Source of the DNA: Camelus ferus
Taxonomy: Eukaryota
DNA: 64,000 bases
Direction of reading: 5' to 3'
Assembly: GCF_009834535.1 (NCBI RefSeq)
Contig: NC_045696.1
Coordinates: forward strand, 22,074,001 to 22,138,000
A program made the translations under genes and the position numbers. Position 1 is the first letter of the stretch; every line of letters begins with the position of its first letter. Positions 13,670 through 27,500 of this stretch are shown one piece after another. The notes below the pieces were generated by a model. That model was not told the origin of the DNA. It searched no databases and saw nothing but the letters and a program-made list of their open reading frames with translations.

Positions 13670-14750
13670 TAATTCATTTATTGAACAGAACACCTAGTAT
13701 ACGCAAAGCACACTTTAAGAAGCTGTGAACTGCCAAACAAAATAGACAAAACCCCTTCTCTCATGGAGTTTATATTCCAGAGGGAGAAAGAGAAATAAAT
13801 AACAAAAAAATCACCAAATTGGTTTGAATGTCAGAAGATGATGAATGCTAAGGTGAAAAATAAAGCCATGAGTGGTGATATGTGTGTCAAGATTGGGAGA
13901 AAGAGGCTGCAGATTAGAATAGGGTGGTCAGGGAAAGCCTCGTGGAGAAGGTATCATCTGGGCAAAGGTAAGGGAGTAAACTATGTCAATACCAGTGGAA
14001 AGAGCATTCTAGGTAGAAAGGACAGAAACTGCAAAGACTTCAAAGTGAGAACCTGCTGGTCATGTCCCGGTAACAGTAAAAGGGCCAGCATGGCTTGGGC
14101 ATAGTGAGTGAGTGGGGCGGTTTCTAGGGAGTCAGAAAAGGAGTGAGGAACTGAATTACAAAGAACTTCCTAGGCCATTTTAAAAACTTAAGAATTTTGC
14201 TCTGGATGAGATGGAAAGCCATTGGAGGGTTTTGAAATGTTCATCCATGATGCTCTGTTGAGAACAGACTGAAGGGTAACCAAAGCTGAGCAAGGAGACC
14301 AGTTAGGAAGCTACTGCAATGATGCAGCAGTGAAATGACAGTGATTTGAAAAGGGGAGGGTAGCAGAGAAGTTACTGCAGAGAAGACGTTGGGAGAGTAT
14401 TCTGAAGGTAGAGCCAACAAGACTGGCTGACAGATCAGATGCGGGTTGGGACAGAGAGGAGTCAAGCATGACTCTGAGTTTTTGTCCTGAGCAACTGGAA
14501 GAATGGAATCATCACTAACCAAGAAAAGGACAAGAGGAAAAGCAAGCTTGAGGTTAGGATCATGAAGTAAAGGAGAAAATCAGTAGTTCAGTGATGGACG
14601 TGTTAATGGGAAATGAATGGTCACGTGGATCTGGCACTCAGGGGCAAGCTCTAGACCACAGATATAAGTTTTGGTGTCTTCAGTATATAGATGATATTTA
14701 AAATAACAGATGGGATGAGCTAGATCAATGGAATTAGCACCAACAAAAAA
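13670..14750 (-). mobile_element. LINE-2 fragment
   Basis: TTCATTTATTGA..CCTTCTCTCATGGAGTTTATATTCCAG..GGGTGGTCAGGGAAAGCCTC..GGAAAGCCATTGGAGGGTTTTG are diagnostic L2 3'-region motifs in antisense orientation. Confidence 0.7.
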
Positions 14751-14759
14751 GACTTTCAA

Positions 14760-15575
14760 GTTGCTTTGGAAAATAGTCTAGCAATTCCTCAAAGGTTAAA
14801 CACAGAATTACCCTAATCTAGCAAATCCACTGTTGGGTATATGCTCAAGAGAAATGAAAACATGTCTGTACAAAATATTGAACAACATGGGGGTTAGGGG
14901 TATTGACCCTCCTACAGTCGAAAATTTGAGTATAACTTTATAACCAGCCCTACATATCCATGGTTCTACATCCTCAGATTCAACCAAATGTGGATTGTGT
15001 ATTACTGTAGTGCCCATTTATTGAAAAAAATTCACATATAAGTGGACCCGCACAGTTCCAACCCGTGTTATTCAAGGGTTGGTTGTATGTCAATAATCAC
15101 AACAGGAATATTCATAATTGTCAAAAAGTGGACACAACCCAACTGACCATCAACCAATGAATGGGTAACGTGTGGTATATAATGGAATGTAATTTGGAAA
15201 TCAAAAGGAATGAAGTACACACCACAACACGTATGAACCTTGAAAACATTATGCTGTACACAGGACTACATGTTGTATGATTCCATTATGAAATGTCCAG
15301 AATAAGCAAATCTACAGAGGCAGTGGTTGCCTGGGGCTAGGAGTCAGGGGAAGGAAATCTGGGTAGGGGGTGAAAACTAAGGGCGTGGGGTTTCTTTTGA
15401 GGGTGATGACAATGTTCTAAAATTGATTATGGTAAAGGTTGCACAACTCTGTAAATATACTAAAAGCCATTGAATTATACACGTCAAATGATTGAACTGT
15501 ATATTATGTGAATTATATCTCAACAATGCTACCTGAGAAATAAGAAATAAAAAAAGGAAAGAAAAGAAAAAATAA
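14760..15575 (+). mobile_element. L1M-type 3' end fragment interrupted by a Tigger element
   Basis: CTTTGGAAAATAGTCTAGCAATTCCTCAAAGGTTAAACACAGAATTACC..GTATGAACCTTGAAAACATTATGC..GTGAATTATATCTCAA followed by an A-rich tail. Confidence 0.75.
14871..15085. mobile_element. Tigger2-family MITE (Tc1/mariner)
   Basis: TTGAACAACATGGGGGTTAGGGG at the left and AAGTGGACCCGCACAGTTCCAACCCGTGTTATTCAAGGGTTGGTTG at the right, with TA on both sides. Confidence 0.7.
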
Positions 15576-18500
15576 AGGAGAGTTCCAAGGTTTGAGTTTT
15601 AGGGCCATCAGACATTTGGGGATTTCTGATGCTTATTAAACATCCAAGAGGAAGTTCTGAGTAGGAGGTTGGGGTATGTGAATTGGAGATGAGGAGAAAA
15701 GTCTGAGCTTGAAAAGTAAATCTGAAAGCCCTTAGTATGTAGATGGTATTTAAAACCACTGTATTCAGTGAGATCACCTAGAAAGTGAGTGCAGAAAATG
15801 TAGAGATCTGAGGCTAAGACTGGGGCACGCCAGTGTTTAGAGGTTGGGGATATACAGCAGGACCAGAGCACAGGACACAAACCAAAGGAGCCTGAAAGGA
15901 GACACCAGTAAAGGAGGAACAGAGCCAAGAGCACAGTGTCCTAAAAGTCAAGTGAAGAAAATATTTAAGGGAAGAGTGATCATCAGTCAAATACTGTCAA
16001 CACTTCAAGTAAGATGAAAACTAAGAGTGAGCCCTGGTTTTAGCCACGTGAAAGTCAATGGCAGTTTTACAAGAGCTGCTTTGTAGGAGTCATGAGAAGG
16101 AAAGCCTGATTAGAAAGCAGGAAGTGAGCAAACTGCAGATAACAAGCAGAACCATTGAGACGATGTGCTTTTCACAGAAGCAGAAAAATGACCCAGTAAA
16201 TAAAATGGGACAGAGCCTGGAAATTTTTTTCTCCCTAAGATAGGAGAAATAATAGCATTTTATCAGCTCGTGAAAATGAGCAAGCAATAGAGAAAACATG
16301 ATTTTACAGGAAAGAGAAGCAAACTGCTGATGTTCAACTGTCCTTGAACATGTGAGAGAAGATGGAAACTGGTGAGCCAGTGGAAGGGACTGGCCTTAGC
16401 CAAGAGGGTGGCAAGCTTACCTGCAGTAATGAAAGACACGGTCTATGGGCACAGAGCATGCGGGTGGGTAGATGTGTAAGTAGGAGCATGCTACAAGTGA
16501 CTTTGGGTGGCTTTTATTATCCCAGGAAATTAGGACACAAGGTATCAGCAGAGAGTGATGATGGGGAGGAAACATTGAAGAGAGAGAAGAAAAAATAAAA
16601 TAGTCATTGGGCAACAGGCAAGTGGAGACCTAGAAAAATGCAGCTGTTGCCAGACAGTATTAAGTGACCACTTGTGGTTGATACTAATGAATTAGAAGTG
16701 AGACCAGTCAGCAAGGTGGTGTTTTTCTCCAGATCTGTTCAGTCATTTGAGGGTAGGTCCTGATAAACAAGAGTTGGCTTTAACCAGCATTGGGGTTAAC
16801 AAAATAGGAAAATGTTCACAACTTGGTAAAAAAGAAAGTTTGTAGGTTTTATAGGGAGTGTGATTATAGCACTTCCATAGGAACACAACAGACTGAAAGG
16901 AAATATTTACAGGGGTATGATTTTACAGGCAATTTTAATTTCTTATATAGTCTCTAATTTTTTTTTTCCAAAAATCAAAGCTCACTCAGTCTTAAACAAG
17001 CTAGTATTCAGGACCATCCCATATAACCAAAGGCAGGAAGTAGGGCCAGGTCTCACAAGAAATTTAAATCTGAAAACAACAGAACAAGACGATTCTTTTT
17101 GTCCCTGCTCTCACCCAGTACATAGCCTCTTACTCTCAATGAGCACAAGAATCTTCTGCTTCCTTCTGGGTGTCTGAATCATTCTCTTGATCTCCTCTGC
17201 TTGTGGATAAACACACAGGATCCCAGTGTGGCCGCACTGGTCTCAGCTCATCACCTGACTGAGTCTTTGTTTCCCTCAGATACACAAGAGGCAAGCTGAC
17301 TGGCTCAGCTTGAATTAGGGCTCCTCGGTTGGTTCAATCATCTGGAACCTGGGATGCGAAGTCAGCTGGTGAAAATATAGTGGCCACCCAACCTTTCTTC
17401 CAAATATCAGGGAGAGAGGAAACTCCAATGAAGCAGGCCAAGCAGGACCCCAGATATATCTCTAAAAAAGCATATATGACTCTAATAAGAAGAACTAATA
17501 CTTTTAAATGAATACTTACAAAAAAGAGATCAAAAGAAGATAACAAAATATTTAAAACTTAATTTCCCCTTTTTTGTCAAATATTCCTTCTCTGTTTCAG
17601 GTAGGTGTTTATTGTAATGTCTGAAAAGCTTCTACTGAGTGCCTGTTAGTACAAGACACCACGTCCTTCATGGCACAGAATGAGTCTGACAGGCATAAAA
17701 TCATATTTAACAGGAAAATTTAATTTTTGAAGAAAACATTGAGAACTGGAGTGTATCCCTAACTGCAAAACAGAACTGTTGATAACATCAAAAATTCTGA
17801 AGATTCTCTCCCCTCATCAGTGAATATTTCCTGCATGTTATTAGATTTGAATGTTACACTAGAGGTGAAAACAGCAGGATAAAACTGAAATGTAAGTCTA
17901 TTTGCGGCATCCTATTTTAAGGTTATTTTTATTTGCACAAATTGTACATGGTACATGTTTGTGTATATAAAATTCAAGGAAATACAGAAGCCTGGAGAGA
18001 CAAAGAAAAGGCTCCTTTTTCTGACCTCTCTCACCCCTTACACCCCCAAGTCCACAGTCCTCTGTAGAGGAAAACACAGGGAACAGTTTACACTATACAA
18101 TTTCAACTGTTTTTCTAGGTTAGTTTTATTACTATTTTGTTCCCAAGCCTTTTCTTTTCCATTTTTAAACTTGCCTTTCTTTCTTTATGCTGATAACTTC
18201 CTGTCAGTATTCCTGGTAAGTTATATACCCCAGTGGCCTTGCACCCAGGTTCTATAAAGACATTTTTCATAATATCCCAATGATCTAATCTCTTAAGGTT
18301 CTCATATTTCACCTGTTTTGTTTTTGGTTTTTTTTTTTTTTTAAGCAGATAGTTTAAGGACTGGTGAAGCAATCATTTAGAAACATACATCTCTTAAGCC
18401 ATAATCATGTTATAATTTGTCCTGCCTCGCAAACAACCACAGCCAGCCTTCCAAGAGGACAATCCTTTAAACCAAATCTCTAACATTAAAGCCGCTTACA

Positions 18501-19189
18501 GCTATTTCAGATAATGGGAGCTGTCCAGTGTGTGATGTGTTCAGTCTCTTCCATTTAGGGAGGATCTGTTGTACTAATAATTGACCTGAAATGAGCTCTG
18601 CACTAGAAATTCAGCAGTGAACAACGGAAATAAGTGAGCTTACAAAACTTATTGGAAATTTCTTCCTGAAGGTCAGAGAACATATCAAACACAACAGTAA
18701 ACGTGTATTTTTATTAGTATGTCATATTCTTAAGAGTCTCCAGTGTAGATTTGTCTAAATTTCTAAAATAATAAATAAGATGCAATAAAAGAAAAAAATC
18801 TCTGGAGATTTCCCCTAAAAAAAGAAAAATTCTCCTAAATATGTCCTTTGTGGACCTTGTTATGAGTCATATTTGTACAGAAACACAGTTTGACACTTAA
18901 AAGTTACATCACCTTGAACAGGAACTGGAATTTGTCTGATTTTCAGCCTCCTCATTTATAAACTGGAAACAATAACGTCTATTTTGCAAGTATCATATGA
19001 AGTATGTACAGCACAGGCTTTGCCATGTGCCTGGTCCATCACTGATTCCAATTTCAGCTGGTGACAGATAATTCCCGTGCTTATGGCAAAACTCGATCCC
19101 AAATGTCTCTCTTATCTCTCAGCTTTTCTGCTTCAGGACTTGTTCTGAAGATAACAAAATTTTTCAGTCTTCTGAGAACATTCCAGAAA

Positions 19190-19460
19190 CATGGGGCAGT
19201 CAACAACCACAGCGGCAACTGTCAGCCAGTGAGGAATGGGAGTCAGTGGACAAATGCCTCGGTCTTCTGGTTTTGAAGGGACAATTCTGAAGCCCATTCT
19301 ACGCATTTCTTAGAGGGTCCCCAGTGGAGCGGAGCATCAGCTGCCCATAGCAAAACTGACTCAATAATGCCCCCTTAATTGGCTTCCTGAAATCATCTCT
19401 AATAGACTGCCTTCTCCCAAATGTGTATGTCAGACTCTGAGGGGAAAATAAACTAAAGGG
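19190..19460. mobile_element. ERVL LTR fragment (LTR16-like)
   Basis: TGGACAAATGCCTC..GGGACAATTCTGAAG..TTCTTAGAGGGTCCCCAGTGG..GTCAGACTCTGAGGGGAAAATAAACTAA. Confidence 0.55.
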
Positions 19461-19604
19461 CTCTTAACAGTGCAAATACAAATTATGTGGTTAGAACATG
19501 ATGGTTCCCTTCCCTGCATCTCTTCATAAAAACCATTCACTCTACCGATGAGTCAGTCTTCCAGTCCTCATAGAGGACCTACTCCTGGCAAAATAATGCT
19601 CTAG

Positions 19605-19885
19605 ACACAGCTATCCAATATGGTAACCACCAGTGACACAAGGCTATTGGGGACTTAAAATGTGGCTAGTATAAATTAAGAAGTGCTGACAGTGTAAGCC
19701 ATAGAACAGATTTTGAAAGCTCAGAGGAAAAAAGAATGTAAACTATCTTAATAATTTTATATTGATTAGTTGAAATCATAATATTTTAGATACACTGGAT
19801 TAAATAAAATGTATTATTAACATTAATTCCACTTGTTTGTTTTTATTTTTTATAATGTGGTTACTAAAAATTTTTTAATTACATT
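19605..19885. mobile_element. hAT-Charlie DNA transposon (MER33-like)
   Basis: CTATCCAATATGGTAACCACCAGTGACACAAGGCTATT..AAATGTGGCTAGT..ATAATGTGGTTACTAAAAATTT. Confidence 0.65.
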
Positions 19886-21915
19886 AGTAATTCAGCCTGA
19901 GTTAGAATAATGCACAGAAGCATGAAACCTATCAAAGTAATAAGAATTCCCACTGTTTCCTTAGTTCCTTGTTGGTCACAGTTCTTATCATTAAGAATCC
20001 TCCAGTCTGAGTGAATTAAATCTTTCACCCATTTCCCAGTGTCTGGAACATAGTAAGTACTCAGTGCTTTCTTCTGCGGAAATAAGTTAGAGATTTCATT
20101 ACAGGAAGAAATAGGAGACGAATTTTATAAAACAGGTTGGTGTCAGATTATACAGGATGTCAACGTAATTTATCTCAGGGGCGATGTAGCACCATTGAAG
20201 GTTTTGGTACCATTTACTAGAAAGATTCATGTGGAATCAGTACACAGGATGCAAAAATGGGAGTGAAACTAGAGCCTAGCTAGCAGGCTACTGCAAAATG
20301 CTGAATTTGCAAGTAGAAGGGGGTAGCCATGGCAATAGAAGAGAATCAGATCATAGGATAAAATTAAGAAGGTACTAGAACTTGATTTGTTCTGGGTGGA
20401 GAAGGAAGAGAGGAAGGAATATTTTCAGATGTCAAGTGACAAAATGATGAAATGTGTGTTTCCTGTATTCATGTAATTCCTTTTAATGTCTTCGTTGCAA
20501 TATGAAGTTCATTAAAAATTCACGTTCTATAATTGCTATTGTTAAAAAAAATAGTTGCCCGAAGATCTTTCCTTCACTCTATTCCTTCTGAGGTATTCTC
20601 TAACTCAGGAAAAGAAAAATTACTGCAGAACAGCAGAAAAGGATATCATATTCTTTACTTTTAGCTTCAAAAGCAGTGTTGCAGGCCAACAAAGGCATTG
20701 CAAAAGTACTTGCAGAAAGAGACTACATCCTTCCTCTCCACTCAAGCTCCCATGCCCAGAAGATAAGAGAATTTCTGATTAAGATGAAAAGAAGTCATGA
20801 GGGAGAAGCAAGGGGGTTAAATGCACATGCAGAGAGGATTGGAACAGGATCCTCTCTCCCAGGTGTGTAGCCTAGGGAGACAGAAGGTTAGAAAAAAGTG
20901 TCATATTCTAGATCTACTACTTCAACTTGGTACCCCAGCATCAGGGCAGACATGGTGGTGTGGGTGTCTGCACCATAATGACATTGAGCCAATAATTCCA
21001 CATGGCTCGGTGTGACATAAGGGAACAGTGATGCTCTGATGACAGCTCTGAGTCTACCTTAGACTCACCACTGAGAAGTGGACAAATAAACTTTCCCCAC
21101 TTCCCAAAGCAGGGCTTAGATATTAGTTGAAGGAGACAGCTGAGGGCCAAAGGGGCTTACATTTGTAACCCAAATGCCAGTGTGAATCATGCAACTGAAG
21201 TTTTTTAAATTCCACAGATTTCAGAAAGTGACCTCTGGAAAGCGTGACAGATACTATGACCACCAAAGAGCAGACACACTTCTCCGCTGACTTCCCACCT
21301 CAGCCTCCATCCTGTCATTAAATAAGTAAGCCAGGGAACAGGAGTACCACCCTAAAGAGGAGCAGAGGAAGGTAAAATCCAGAACTGACATGATTGTAAA
21401 CATGACTGAAACAGCATGACAAAGACTGAGTTCACCTGGAAATGATTACATATAGTTTTATAGCATTAGAAAAAATAGGGCATTTAACAGAAATTAAATG
21501 CAATAATGGGAAAATAAAATGTTACCTATTTTGCATATATGATTTTAGGGCCTATGAAAATTATACTTTAAGCAGGTATAAAGGAGTTTACTGCATTCGT
21601 AAGAGGATTAAGACCTCTCTTTGGGGAATTATAACATATTTTATTTAAAAAAACCATAATAAATCATTGACTGAAATGCTTCAATACTAAATTGAAATTA
21701 ACAAAGTGGATTGCTATTTCCCTTCTGCCTGGCCTTCCCTCTGAGGTATGCTCTGATTCTAATTTAATGCTGGGTTAGCATCACTAAGGTGACAAGGGTT
21801 GCTAGCCCATATTCTTCAGCACAGGACATTCCAAAGATATCCAGTCCATTCTTGGGTCAGTTAAAGTCTAAAGTTAGATACTGAAGTTGACCTGATAGTT
21901 AAGATAACTCTAGAG

Positions 21916-22502
21916 CAGTGATTCTTAATGGGAAGAGGGAGAGAAGCAGCAGGTAGTTAGTGGTGGGGGGCAGGGGATGCTCCCCAAGGGAATGTTGGCA
22001 ACCTCTAGAAATAGTTTTGGTTGTCACAACTGAGGTAGTGCTATAGGCATCTAGCGGGTAGAGGCCAGAGATGTTGCTAAACATTCTACATCGCACAAAG
22101 TCCCTACAACAATCAATAGTCAAAAATGTCAATAAAATGTGGAATCTAAAAAAAAAAAAAGGTTACAAATGAGCTTATTTACAAAACAGACTCATAAACA
22201 CAGAAAACAAACTTACCGTTACCAGTGGGGAAAGAGGAAGGGATAAATTGGGAATTTGGGATTTGTAGATACCCACTACTATATATAAAATAAACAAGGT
22301 CCTACTGTATAGCACAGGGAGCTATATTCAATACCTTGTAATGGTCTATAATGAAAAAGAATATGAAAAGGATCATCTATGTATACATATATATATAAAC
22401 AAATCACTATGCTGTATGCCAGAAATTAACACATTGTAAATCAACTATGTTTCAATTTTAAAAAGAAAAAAAATGTCAATAATGCCAAAGTTGAGAGACC
22501 TG
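21916..22502 (+). mobile_element. MER20 (hAT-Charlie) split by an L1 insertion
   Basis: CAGTGATTCTTAA..TTTTGGTTGTCACAACTGAGG..GGCATCTAGCGGGTAGAGGCCAGAGATGTTGCTAAACATTCTACA..GTTGAGAGACCTG. 8-bp target duplication CTCTAGAG (21908-21915) / CTCTAGTG (22503-22510). Confidence 0.85.
22136..22468 (+). mobile_element. 5'-truncated artiodactyl-type L1 3' end
   Basis: GGGATAAATTGGGAATTTGGGATT..CTACTGTATAGCACAGGGAGCTATATTCAATA..TTGTAAATCAACTAT plus an A-tail. 14-bp TSD AAAAATGTCAATAA at 22122-22135 and 22469-22482. Confidence 0.85.
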
Positions 22503-23439
22503 CTCTAGTGGTAAGTTAAAAGCCAAACCACACTGAGGATCCTGGCAGCCTCATAAAACTGACCTATCACTTTGAATTGTTAATATAAAAAATTCAGTGT
22601 TCACAGGATCTTTTTTTTGCAGTGAGCTTGGACAGAACTTCTAGAATTGTTACAAAAATAGTTTTTCTTTTAAAGGACTCTTGATGACAATAATAGTAAT
22701 AAAATTTGGGTAAATTTAGTTCTACTATAGTTTGGAGCAAGAAGGACAATAGATAACGATCTATTCATCTGTCTATTTTGGATTCTATATTCTGGGCATT
22801 AAAATACAGAGATCAGGGGAAGGACAGAAAAGGGGGAAAGGAAAAAGTCTGTAAAGAAAAAAAAGCTCAACATTATTTCTATTATACTGGGAAAACAAAT
22901 TGCTAGGTCATTTAGTAATATTAGCTTCGAAAAATGTAAACCTTAAATTTTAAAAGGGTCATTAGATTGTCTTAAGAAATAATTTAACTTCTAAATAAAA
23001 GTAGAAACAGTCTTTAAATACTTTCCTCCTTCAAATGTAGAACACAATTAATCAATCAATAAATAGTCAACTCCCTCTTAATTTCAGTAATTTGTTCTTG
23101 AACAATTCTGTACAAAGACACTAGCTGAGAACCTAATTACCATGATTCTAAATGGGAAAAATTATACTGTATATGTCAACCACAAATCCACAGCCAATTT
23201 TCTAAAATTGAGTAAAACACTTCTAAATAAAAACGAACTATCTTGTTAGGATGTAAAATGCTTAAAACATTACTTCCCAGTAACCAACAAATCAATATAG
23301 CTAATAATCAGTTGTTTGGTTTATAGCAATAGATTGAACATCTCCTCTCTGAGGACTCAAGAGCTTTTCAAAGTATCAACATGTGAGTCTGATGTTGTGG
23401 TTGAAATAACCACATATACTTCCCACATACGTTTCATTG

Positions 23440-24501
23440 AAAATTTTTGTTGTTTTTCACTTCTCTGATAACAGACAGTGCTGCATATTTTTTCATATAC
23501 TTACAGGGCCTGTGTATATCTTCCTTTGTTAAATGTCTGTCCAGGTATTTTAGCTATTTCTTTTATCCAGTTGCATATATTTTTATTATTGAGATAATAA
23601 GAGTTGCTTACACATTCTGGGTACAAGTTCTTTGTCAAATATACATACTGTGAATATTTTTCCCCAGTGTATAGTTTATTTTATTGTTTTTCCTTTCAAA
23701 AAAATGCTTTCAAAGAGCAGAAGCCTTTAATCTTAATGAATTCAATTATTTAATTGTTTCTTTTTGTTAACGGATTCTATAAAAAATCTTTATCTACCTC
23801 AAGTTCACAAAGATATTCTCGTGTTTCTTTATTCCGGAAGATTTACACACACTAGGATACCTACAAATAAAGGTTGACAACACCTAATGCAGGCAAGGAA
23901 GTCAAGTGACCACATCTTTCATAAATTGCTGCTGAGAGTACAGAACGGTACGAGCACTTTGGAAAATTGCTTGGTAGGTTCTTAAGATGTTGAACATACA
24001 CCTAACTTTATGACCTAGCAACTCTACTCTAGGTATTTACTCAAATGAAAACATGCCCATCAAATTTATACAAAAATACTTAAAGCAGCCATATTCATAA
24101 TAACTTAAAATTGGAAACCACACAATTGTCCAACAAGAGGTAGCAGAAAAACAAATTGTAGTATATGCATACGATGATAAATAAACTACTGCTATATACA
24201 ATAACATAGATGAATCACAAAAATATGATGAGCAAAAGAAGCCAGACATAAAACACTTTATACTTTTTGGTTTCTTTTATATGAAGCTCAAAACAGCTAA
24301 GGCCAACCGATATTGATAAAAATTAGAATAGTGGTTGCCTTGGGATAGGGAGAAAGAAAGGGGATTGAACAGGAAGGGATACAAGGGCATTTTCTAAGGT
24401 GATGGAAATGTTTTCTATTTTGACAGTGGTATGGATTACATTGATTTGTTATTGAAATGTACACTTAAATTTTTATCTATATGTAGGTTACACCTCAAAA
24501 T
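23440..24501 (+). mobile_element. Old L1M 3' fragment with inverted 5' part
   Basis: About 23440-23844 is L1 ORF2-end sequence in antisense. About 23845-24500 is the downstream L1 3' sequence in sense (CACTTTGGAAAATTGCTTGG..ACATAGATGAATCACAAAAATATGATGAGCAAAAGAAGCCAGAC). Confidence 0.7.
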
Positions 24502-27500
24502 ACATACATCACATTGCATTTTAGAAGCAAAACTATAAATTTTTCCTAAATGTACACAGCTGAGATATGTACACTTTACAACATCCAGGTATTAAAAGTC
24601 ACAGGCATTCTACCAGAAAAATGTTAGAAGAAATCTTGTTAGGGTGTGCCTGTATTTCCTATAAACTTGTGACGACCTGTCCTCATCTGTGCCCTTTTAC
24701 ATGTAAATAGAGAGTCAGATTCTGTGCTGAAGGTTGTTTTACTCAGGATTACAATATTTTAACTCAGCGGGAATTCACAACAGTGGGGCTGTGTTCTCCA
24801 CTACCTTTGATCTGTAGTATTGGGCAAATGCCAAGAGTTAATTCAACCTCTACTTAAAGTTGTAAATACAAAATATGGTATAATGGGATTTTATTTGAAA
24901 AATTTATAAAATAACAAGATTGGAAAATATTTTCGTTAGCTATAAAATTAAACATAACCCACTCCATCTTCTCAAGGATCAGAGCAACTGGATCACTGGA
25001 TCAGTGACCAAGATCTGCTATACCTTCAACTTAGTCTTAATAGTATAAGGGAGACTACATAACTGTGGGTACAGCATTAACAAAACCCTTTGTCCTTTAT
25101 GAACAAACTTGACCTTCGTTAACTTCACAACACTGTTTCCCTGGAAACCTGAAAAAGGTGGAATGGAAGTGGTGCTACTAGACAATATTTCTCATGATAA
25201 AAAATGACAAATTGCATCTGGCAGGAGAGAAAATATATATGACCTATAACTACCTGGTAAGAAACCATAGTTTTGGCCTCCCTGCGTGTGATGACTCTCA
25301 TAACAAGGCAGGCCCCTTGCAGGGACTCTGGAATTTATGCCTCAAATGTTGTTATAAGAGGTACTGGTTCCTATGGGAGACATGAGGCTTTCAAGCTAAG
25401 ACGGCCCACACGTACGTGTCTCATCACCTTTCACTTGAGCTGTCAACTTGGAAGCCAGAGACTAGCCCCTTGACTGGCATGAGGATTGCTGCAAGAAGTC
25501 TTACTGAAGAGTGATGCCAATCATGCCCTTCTAGCCAGTTTTATTTTTCTGCCCTATATTCCTCTAATTGAATCTAATGCTAAGTCTGCCCCATGGAAGT
25601 CTTGTGAGTCAGAATTTTTAGAGACCCCCTGGTGGGCATAGTCATAACTCAGTCTACAATACACCATACCATATATGGAATGGTAGTAAGTAAATATGTT
25701 TTTCTTGATGATGGGAAATTCACTGCTCTTAGACTCAGTCTCATCTCTGTCCCATTGATAAGTCACTCTTCCATGCCATAATATAAAGCAGAGATAGCAT
25801 TTGCTCCTGTGCAATAGTAGGAATGTCATGAACACAAAATAATGCATGAAATACTTTGACCTCCTCAGAAGAAAGACATTATAAAAATCGAAATATGCTT
25901 TGGTACAGGCATAATTGCTAGCTTTATTTCCCCAGACATTTTTGACAATATGCTATTTTTTGTTTTTCTCACAGATATGTACATAAATAGTTCCTTTTTA
26001 AAATAATAAGTTTATATGCATCAAAAACTGAAAATTATAATCTCTCTCCTACATCTGGTTAACTGCACTTGGCCATTACATATCACAAATCGAAAAGCAA
26101 ACAAAAGGAACAGTCAAACACACATTAGGGAAGTTGGTGACCAGGCAGTAGACAGGAACATAGAATGGAAATCCCCAAACCATTCTACAGCAGAGAGAAA
26201 AACATCAAGGATACTTAGGCTTAAAGGTACTTGACACAAACTTTAAATAAATAAAGCAAACAAAGAGTAGCTCCTGAACAGTTTCCATGAGCATACAAAT
26301 TAATCTACCTGTTAGGTCTGTCAGAAATCAGTGTACTACTCTGAATCACTATCTTTTCTTGGGTTTGCTATTTAGACTTTTTTTTCAGTATAAGTTTCAA
26401 TGAGCCCAATATTAAAAGTAAGCCAATAAACCTAATATTATGATGTACTCTAGTAGAAAGATTAAGACATCTTAAGCATACATGAATTTGTCATTTGAAC
26501 TTTAATTATGAAAAAGAGCTGGATACAGTCATCTTCTCTTACTGAGTTCTAGGTATAAAGCCCACATCCTCATTTGGCAACTGACACTACCATTTGCACA
26601 TACTGAATGACTTTGCAAAAAAAAAAAAAAAAAAAAAAAAGATTCAATGTATAAATGACTTGATAGCTAGTTTGGGATGATAAGGCTGCAGGGCTTTTTT
26701 CTTTTGTTTTATTTTTGAGGAAAAACAAAACAAAACAAAACACCATATCTTTCCAGGTGATTAAACTGAAATATGTAACAATCTGCAATTTTAATTTATT
26801 TCCTAGGCACACATGCAAATTTTACCAATAGTCTGTAGCAGAGTACTTAAGCTGCCACAAGTTGATCAACACATTCTAACCAGAGTCAGTTCCGCTCTCC
26901 TGGGTGTTGAAGAAGTACCTACTGGTGGAGATGGAGGAGAAAGAGGCAAACGAATCCACCCGATTCCTTAACTGTATAATTTTCCCCACCAATGCATTTA
27001 TGTCTGAATAGATAGGAAATACATAATATGGCCAAATTGCCTACACTGGTGCCACTCCTTCGGTGGCAATAGAAAAGAGCCTCTCTCAAGTGGTGACTGA
27101 GAGTAGAATCCATGTGGCCCCACTGCAGAGACGGCAGGACAGGTTACTTCTATCCAAGTACGTATGCCTAGAAGACTAACCAATTCCAATAGTTACACTA
27201 AATTTGAATGCTAATAAGCACTGGCTCTATGATAACAGAGTGTGTGTGTGTTAACAGATGACTCTGCAATTATTTGTTTGAACCCCGAATGTCAATTCCT
27301 TGAGAATACACATGAACTATCTCTTAGCAATCCTTTTACTCTTAGTTTTGCATATAGCCTGGGTAAATAGCTAACTTAATAAATGAATGAATAAACAAAT
27401 GGTTGAATGAGTTGCAGTTTGGTGGCCAGTCTCAGCGGCTACTGAAGATACTGCTACTCTATCAATTACAATGCTTTCAGTTGCAATCAACAAGTAACAG

